Virus record (IMG/VR): IMGVR_UViG_3300005403_000148
Coordinates: 1 to 30,862 of that record
Origin: a virus
Lineage: Duplodnaviria > Caudoviricetes
Strand: one strand, 5' to 3'
DNA: 30,862 bases
Numbering within the stretch: position 1 is the first letter of the stretch; each line of letters begins with the position of its first letter. Shown one piece after another: positions 25,662-30,862 of this stretch. Both the position numbers and the translations under genes were made by a program. The notes under the pieces were generated by a model. The model was not told the origin of the DNA and ran no database searches. It saw only the letters and a program-made list of their open reading frames with translations.

Positions 25662-27767
25662 TTAATTGTCATACCAGCCTCCGTACTGCTTCGGCTGCAT
25701 ATCGGCTTTGAGCCTGACCCCTGACCACACATACTTGTCCACATACAGCCCGGAGGTGGCGCGTTTCTTTGCGATGCCGAGCTTCTCAAGATACTCGGAC
25801 AGCTGGTTGCGGCTTATGCCCTTGTAGCCGTTCTCTCTGGCCCACGCCTGCGCCGCGCCCGACAGTTTGCAGGCCAGCTCCTCCGCCGCGTTTTCCCGTT
25901 CGCAGCATTCGTTGATGAACGCGCCCACGAGGTCCGACTTCTCGCGGTATTCGTCCAGCACCTCGCGCATCACCGCAGGCATGCCGAGCCCGTCGTTGCA
26001 CCACTGCTGAGCGCCCTTGGCCAGCCAGACCAGTATTCCCTCAGCTTCCGCCATGAGCTTCTCGTCCAGATTCTTGTCCATCCTGTCCGGCCCGAAATAC
26101 GCGTTGAACGGTATCAGCTTTATGCGCGACCAGATGCCTTGGTCTGTGCCGCTGATGTTGGGCTTGTAGTTCGTGGACAGCCAGATTTTGAACTCGGGGA
26201 CGTACTCGAACGGCTTGCTGTAAAGAAACCGCGCGCTTATCGGTTCGCCACCGGTCATGGACTTTATCTGCGCCTCGGCCAGCTTCTGGCCTTTCTCGCC
26301 CTCGGAGGCCATGACAAAGCGTATGCCTTTAAGCTTTGCCAACTCCTGCGACGCATTGTTGGAATTGCCGTCGTAGCGCTCCATAAGCGTTGACGCGGGC
26401 GTAACCGCCGCATACGGTCCCATTATCCGCCAGATTGTTTTCAAAAATGTGCTTTTGCCGTTGCGCCCGGTGCCGTAGCAGATAAACATGCAATGCTCGG
26501 ATGTGTCGCCGGTGATTGAATATCCAGCCGCGCATTGGACAAACGAAATAAGCTCCTTGTCACCTTGAAATATCTCGTCAAGAAATTGCAGCCAGCGTGG
26601 GCATTTCGCGTCGGGGTTCCACTTGTACGCTATCTTGCGCGTGAGCATATCCTCCCTCCTATGTTCGTCAAGTTTATCGGGCAGGCGCAGCGTGCCGTCG
26701 GCGCAGTTCAATGCGCGTCCGTCCGCGTCGAAAGCGCTTGCCGGGGCAGGAATGCCGTCCTCGCTTTCGGCCAGTTTTATCATCGCGTCCAGCTTTGATT
26801 TGGATTCGCTATGTTTTGCGTGCGTAAAAAGCTTGTCGTCACGCGCGGCTTCGCCCATAGTGAACATCCGCCGCGCGGTTTGTTTCGCAAGCCGCATTAC
26901 CTGACCGGCCTCGTCCTTGGCCCAGACGGTGCCGTCCCACACATACCAACCGCCGAGCTGCGCGCAATAACGCAAGTCCGGACCAAACAGTTCGCGCATC
27001 AGCGCCGCATTCCACACGTCGGTATACGGGCCGTTTATGCTGCTTGCGGAATAGTTCCCGGCGGACATGGCAATTCGCTCAACCTCGTCGTTATCCAGCG
27101 GCGGCACACAGCGCTCGCGGTTGGTTTTGATTATCGTCGCCAAAATATCGTCCTGGCTTAGCCCCGCTTTTCGCAACCTGAACGCTATTGAAAAAAGAGC
27201 GGCGTTCCGGTTAACGGTTATCTTGCTGCCGTCAGATAAATCGGTGTCCGGGATTGATTTGTGCGCCTTAACAAGCGCGGTAAGCCACGAGGGGGCTTCA
27301 GAGAGCGACGCATTGTTGAGCCAGCGGTATGTTTTTCCGGATACGGCGGACGGCGGCGCGACTATGTACCCTCCGTCACCGCGCACATCCAAGCCCGGCA
27401 TTACGCCGGTCTTGTTGCCCACCGGCTCTGAAAACCTGAAGTAGTAGTGCCTGCCGCCGGACCACGTTTCGGCTGAAAGCGTTGCTGGAAGCGGACCGTG
27501 CTTGCGCTCCAGCTCGGCAAGCGACTCGCCGCCTTTCGCGCCGCCCTTTACGTCAACGTCCAGCACCCACAGCCCGGACACCGCGCCGGTGACCAGCGCG
27601 ATATTGGCGTCCGGCCACTGCGCCCACCAGCCTTTCAGTTCATCTTCCGTCGGTTTTCGTTTTTGGTATTCGCACCAGCTTATCGCGGGACGCTTGTCCC
27701 CGGCCCGCAGCGGAATAACGCTATAACCCTTCGCAAGATACGCGAGAGCGTGTTCGGCAAGACGCAT
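25662..27767 (-). CDS. Bifunctional primase-polymerase (Prim-Pol), PriCT and D5/P4-type SF3 helicase, 701 aa
   Basis: VLDVD, SGGRH.YF, DVR..GGYIVAPPS; RN..LF and PPL...E; Walker A GTGRNGKST, K..TGG, ARFLY, W.RI..IPF. Confidence 0.95.
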   Translation of the reverse strand: MRLAEHALAYLAKGYSVIPLRAGDKRPAISWCEYQKRKPTEDELKGWWAQWPDANIALVTGAVSGLWVLDVDVKGGAKGGESLAELERKHGPLPATLSAETWSGGRHYYFRFSEPVGNKTGVMPGLDVRGDGGYIVAPPSAVSGKTYRWLNNASLSEAPSWLTALVKAHKSIPDTDLSDGSKITVNRNAALFSIAFRLRKAGLSQDDILATIIKTNRERCVPPLDNDEVERIAMSAGNYSASSINGPYTDVWNAALMRELFGPDLRYCAQLGGWYVWDGTVWAKDEAGQVMRLAKQTARRMFTMGEAARDDKLFTHAKHSESKSKLDAMIKLAESEDGIPAPASAFDADGRALNCADGTLRLPDKLDEHRREDMLTRKIAYKWNPDAKCPRWLQFLDEIFQGDKELISFVQCAAGYSITGDTSEHCMFICYGTGRNGKSTFLKTIWRIMGPYAAVTPASTLMERYDGNSNNASQELAKLKGIRFVMASEGEKGQKLAEAQIKSMTGGEPISARFLYSKPFEYVPEFKIWLSTNYKPNISGTDQGIWSRIKLIPFNAYFGPDRMDKNLDEKLMAEAEGILVWLAKGAQQWCNDGLGMPAVMREVLDEYREKSDLVGAFINECCERENAAEELACKLSGAAQAWARENGYKGISRNQLSEYLEKLGIAKKRATSGLYVDKYVWSGVRLKADMQPKQYGGWYDN

Positions 27768-27843
27768 AGGCGCTCCTTAAAACTGTCTTTCCAAGTCCGC
27801 ACGCGCTTGCGCCCGATACGGAGGCAGACCTCCTGCTGCAGGT

Positions 27844-27990
27844 TCATGCATTTTCTTCGGCAAGAAGGAATACGACCAGCGCGAGCGCATACGCCACGAG
27901 AAGTAACATCATCCTGCGCGGGCTGGCGCGCCGCGCTCGGCACGGCCTCTGCGTGTCCACTAATGCCCTGATTTGTTGCGGTAAGTGCAT
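27844..27990 (-). CDS. Small membrane protein, 48 aa (not in ORF track)
   Basis: AAAGGAG RBS; MHLPQQIRALVDTQRPCRARRASPRRMMLLLVAYALALVVFLLAEENA, with a basic stretch then a TM helix. Confidence 0.65.
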   Translation of the reverse strand: MHLPQQIRALVDTQRPCRARRASPRRMMLLLVAYALALVVFLLAEENA

Positions 27991-28000
27991 AAATTCTCCT

Positions 28001-28432
28001 TTAGCTGACTGTGCCGAGGATGGGGATGCCGTCCTGACCGGCTGGCGATACCCGGATAGTGACGCCCGGAGGCTCGCCGTAGATTTTCATTACGCGCCCG
28101 TCGCAGACGCGGCTGTCGTCCACCCATATCCGCGCGTATGTGAGCGCGTCCATGAGCGCCTTTTGCAGGTTGTCCTTGTCCGGGCGGTGGAACATGTAGA
28201 CTTCGGACTGTTTGACGTGCTTTGGGCGCGGGAACCGGAACGTCGCATCCAGCCGTATCGGGCCGTCCATCGGCTCAGCTGGGCGGCGTTTGAGCGCCTC
28301 CGCGTAAATCAGCCTGAACCAGTCGTCCTTCGGGCTCCAGCTCACCATTTTGCCGCTGGCGTGGGCGAACCGCACGGGCCGCTTCCACGGTTTGGGCAGG
28401 CCAATGACATCGAACTCGATTACGCTATCCAT
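28001..28432 (-). CDS. rusA: RusA-family Holliday junction resolvase, 143 aa
   Basis: G.PKP..R, F.FPRPK, PDKDNL.K..MDAL, DDS.V motifs. Confidence 0.92.
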   Translation of the reverse strand: MDSVIEFDVIGLPKPWKRPVRFAHASGKMVSWSPKDDWFRLIYAEALKRRPAEPMDGPIRLDATFRFPRPKHVKQSEVYMFHRPDKDNLQKALMDALTYARIWVDDSRVCDGRVMKIYGEPPGVTIRVSPAGQDGIPILGTVS

Positions 28433-29172
28433 AAGCCTCCGTTCATCGCGTCAAACAGCTTTATCGCCGCGAGCCAGCCGTCCAGCGCGACGGGGATATT
28501 TACCTTCTTGGTCTCGAAGTCAGGCCCTGTCTTGCCGAACCTGATAACCCATGCACTGTCCGGCAGCGGTACGCCGTAAGTTTCCGAGAATGCCTGCGCG
28601 TAGGCGGAGACTTGGAGGGGATACTCGTCCCGCATGGCATTGCTGGTTTTCCAGTCCAGTATGATGAACCGTCCGTCTTTGGCGCGGGCTATCGCGTCCA
28701 ACCTCCCTCCGTAGCCGTACTTCACCGAGGCCACGACGGTGTCGCCCGCTATTATTTCCAGCTCTTCATGCGCCAACCACGCCATGAAGTTGTCAAAGCC
28801 GGGTTGGGTGTCCGGCTCCAGCTTCGGCGTTTTTCCGGCGATATAGTCGTCTATGGCTTGATGCACGCGCCCACCGATGTCCGCCGCCTCATCCTTTATC
28901 TTGTCCGGCTGCCTGTCGGCGCGGGCAAGTATCGGCCCAAGAATATCGGCGGTAATGGTCCGGCCTTGCGTAAGCTCGGCTACAAGCTCGGACTCGGCCA
29001 GTTTCAATGCGGCGCGTCTGGCCCATACCACCAGCGCGTTGGTCTTGCCGCCGCCCACGATGTTGAGTATCTTCGTCACGGACGGATACTCAATCCCGTT
29101 GACGGTGTAGAGGTGCTGGCGGCGATAATCGCGGTAGCCGACCGCGTAAACCGGCTTTGGCAACGTAGCCAT
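28420..29172 (-). CDS. PD-(D/E)XK nuclease (RecB/Cas4-like phage exonuclease), 250 aa
   Basis: PSVT.IL, G..VH, YGGRLD, ILDWKTS, Q.SAY motifs. Confidence 0.85.
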   Translation of the reverse strand: MATLPKPVYAVGYRDYRRQHLYTVNGIEYPSVTKILNIVGGGKTNALVVWARRAALKLAESELVAELTQGRTITADILGPILARADRQPDKIKDEAADIGGRVHQAIDDYIAGKTPKLEPDTQPGFDNFMAWLAHEELEIIAGDTVVASVKYGYGGRLDAIARAKDGRFIILDWKTSNAMRDEYPLQVSAYAQAFSETYGVPLPDSAWVIRFGKTGPDFETKKVNIPVALDGWLAAIKLFDAMNGGLWIA

Positions 29173-29582
29173 CAGAATGGCACCTCGCCGTCATCCGCCG
29201 GTTTGTTGTCCGGGATATAGTCAAACTGGCGGACTTTGTTACTGCGCTTGCCGTTGTATTCCTCGATTATGAGGTCCGCCATCGCCTCTTTGCCGACAAT
29301 ATCGTCCGAGTCGAAGTTCACCCGGCTTTTGTCGATGGAAAAGCCGAAGCATTTGAGCGAATGCACCGCTATCCCGTGTCCCGGCTGGCCTTTCGGGATA
29401 AAAGTCAGCGTGTGGTAAACCCAGCGGTCGGACTGGTCCACGACCGCGAGCTTCATGTTAATTTTCGGGTCGCCCGCCTTGGAGTATCCGTCCTCGACCT
29501 CCAGCACCTTTACGCGATACTTGCCCGCCGGTAGCGGGGAATATACGCCTGCGTTCTCGTCCACTTCGTAATCTATCCTCAT
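29172..29582 (-). CDS. DUF669-like single-stranded DNA-binding protein, 136 aa
   Basis: PLPAG.Y.V.V, SKAG, acidic tail DDGEVPF; follows the Sak4-like gene. Confidence 0.8.
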   Translation of the reverse strand: MRIDYEVDENAGVYSPLPAGKYRVKVLEVEDGYSKAGDPKINMKLAVVDQSDRWVYHTLTFIPKGQPGHGIAVHSLKCFGFSIDKSRVNFDSDDIVGKEAMADLIIEEYNGKRSNKVRQFDYIPDNKPADDGEVPF

Positions 29583-29591
29583 GGTTTCCTC

Positions 29592-30527
29592 CTATTTGGA
29601 TTCCTCAAACCCGAGCATGTCGTACTGCTTCTTGCCGTCCTTCACGCTTTCCTTGTATGCGACGGCGATTGTCTTGCCCACAAATCCGACGGCGCGTTCC
29701 GCAGCCGCCGCGCTATGCGTGATGAACACCTTGGCGATGCCCGCCAGCTTGAGGCCGTATTTCTTGCCGCTTTCGGTGTCGCGGGACTTGACCTCTTCCA
29801 GCACGCCTTTGGCGGTGAGTTGTTCGGACGCTTCCGGCGCGGGCGCTGTTTTTGACTCCGGTTTTACGCCTGAACCGAGCCAGTTTAAAAGCGCCTTGCC
29901 GGTGTCCTCGGTAATCGGGAAATCTTTGCCGTCGAACAGGCTGGTGCGGTCTTTGGAAACCGCCGCGTAGTGGTTCTGGTTGAGCGTGAACACTACGGTG
30001 AACTCGTATTCGACACTGTCGCGTTGTATCGGCGCGGTGCCGATTTTCTTGGGCACGGCTTGGCCTTTGAGGTTGGTTTCCACCATATACTCGGCCTTTG
30101 ACCTCATGGTGGCGATGATGTGCATGTCGGATTGCAAAATCGCGTTGATAAGCCGCTCGTGGCGCGGCGTTACGTTCTTCCAACCAGCGAAGCCTTTGCC
30201 GAGAGCGTCTACGATTGAAAGGCATCCGCCTTCGCCGGTCCATTCGTGGGAGAGGCTGTCTATCACGCACACGCCGTATCCTGCCTGCTGAGCGGCCTTT
30301 ATGGCCTCTATATAGGCTTCCGGCGTGTACGGGGGCCGCAAATCCACAACGTCGAAGTCGAACCTGTCGGCGTAAAGGCTGGCCGAGCCGTGTTCCGTGT
30401 CTATCACTGCCACCTTGGGCGACAGCGATTTTGCCAATATCATCGAGCTGAACGTCTTGCCCGCGCCTGCTGGGCCTTCAACCGCCAGCCTTAGGCGGCT
30501 CTGTGTTTTCTGAGCTTTCTGGAACAT
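29592..30527 (-). CDS. Sak4-like AAA ATPase (single-strand annealing protein), 311 aa
   Basis: Walker A GPAGAGKT, IDTE.GS, IDSLSHEW.G.GG, H.I.T.RSK, YEFT, KDRT. Confidence 0.88.
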   Translation of the reverse strand: MFQKAQKTQSRLRLAVEGPAGAGKTFSSMILAKSLSPKVAVIDTEHGSASLYADRFDFDVVDLRPPYTPEAYIEAIKAAQQAGYGVCVIDSLSHEWTGEGGCLSIVDALGKGFAGWKNVTPRHERLINAILQSDMHIIATMRSKAEYMVETNLKGQAVPKKIGTAPIQRDSVEYEFTVVFTLNQNHYAAVSKDRTSLFDGKDFPITEDTGKALLNWLGSGVKPESKTAPAPEASEQLTAKGVLEEVKSRDTESGKKYGLKLAGIAKVFITHSAAAAERAVGFVGKTIAVAYKESVKDGKKQYDMLGFEESK

Positions 30528-30669
30528 GTGCTTGGCTCCTTTTCTTTATAATGTCGGCGGCTATCATCCGCGCCAGTATCCGCAACCCGGCGTCGAACTG
30601 CCGCTGCGCTTCCGGCGTCCAGCCCTCGGAAGCGTGGTCTTGCTCATTTGGCGATTGCGAAGAGTTCAT
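30478..30669 (-). CDS. Small hypothetical protein with GLRILARMIA helix, 63 aa
   Basis: Fills the HTH-Sak4 gap, GGAGG upstream, overlaps both neighbours. Confidence 0.5.
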   Translation of the reverse strand: MNSSQSPNEQDHASEGWTPEAQRQFDAGLRILARMIAADIIKKRSQAHVPESSENTEPPKAGG

Positions 30670-30862
30670 CGAAGTTTTTGACCTCCAGAACGCGCATCAT
30701 CCGCTGCCGCAGCTTGGGGGAGGGATTGCGCTTTCCGCGCATGATATGCGACATGTGTCCGCTGGTGATATCCAGCTTGTATGTCAGCCATTTGAGCGTC
30801 GTGTTGCGCTCGGCCAGCCTCCGGCGTATCTCGTCGGGCTTTATCCTGACTTTGCAACGCAT
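30644..30862 (-). CDS. XRE/Cro-like HTH transcriptional regulator, 72 aa (start at window edge)
   Basis: L...L.I.SG.MS.I..GKR.PS...R...L....F.ELF pattern; heads the early operon. Confidence 0.85.
   Translation of the reverse strand: MRCKVRIKPDEIRRRLAERNTTLKWLTYKLDITSGHMSHIMRGKRNPSPKLRQRMMRVLEVKNFDELFAIAK

Larger units (their letters stand above)
414..30862 (-). mobile_element. Prophage, HK97-like siphovirus, integrated in the tRNA-Ser 3' end; right end outside the window
   Basis: Co-oriented integrase, lysis, tail, head, packaging, replication and recombination modules abut a tRNA. The left boundary is inferred. Confidence 0.95.

Overview
About 350 bp of host DNA and a host tRNA-Ser(UGA) gene are followed by the left ~30.4 kb of an apparently intact HK97-type siphovirus prophage inserted at the tRNA 3' end. 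The prophage continues past the right edge. All credible phage genes are on the minus strand. In transcription order they are: Cro-like HTH, recombination genes (Sak4-like ATPase, SSB, PD-(D/E)XK nuclease, RusA), Prim-Pol/SF3 helicase with an adjacent iteron cluster, a small HTH gene and regulatory region, ParB-DNA methylase, HNH, terminases, portal, protease-capsid fusion, neck, tail, lysis genes, three small unknown genes and a large serine integrase. Most notable: (1) the integrase ORF reads through the att site and the whole antisense tRNA, so its C-terminus should differ between integrated and excised states; (2) a two-state anti-SD/anti-anti-SD RNA leader precedes the DNA methylase, behind an operator array and terminator; (3) a tail-fibre-position protein carries a Sec-type signal peptide; (4) the protease-capsid ORF has a strong internal start; (5) a candidate antisense sRNA lies between the lysis and integrase operons. 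Family calls come from motif recognition and synteny only; no searches were run.
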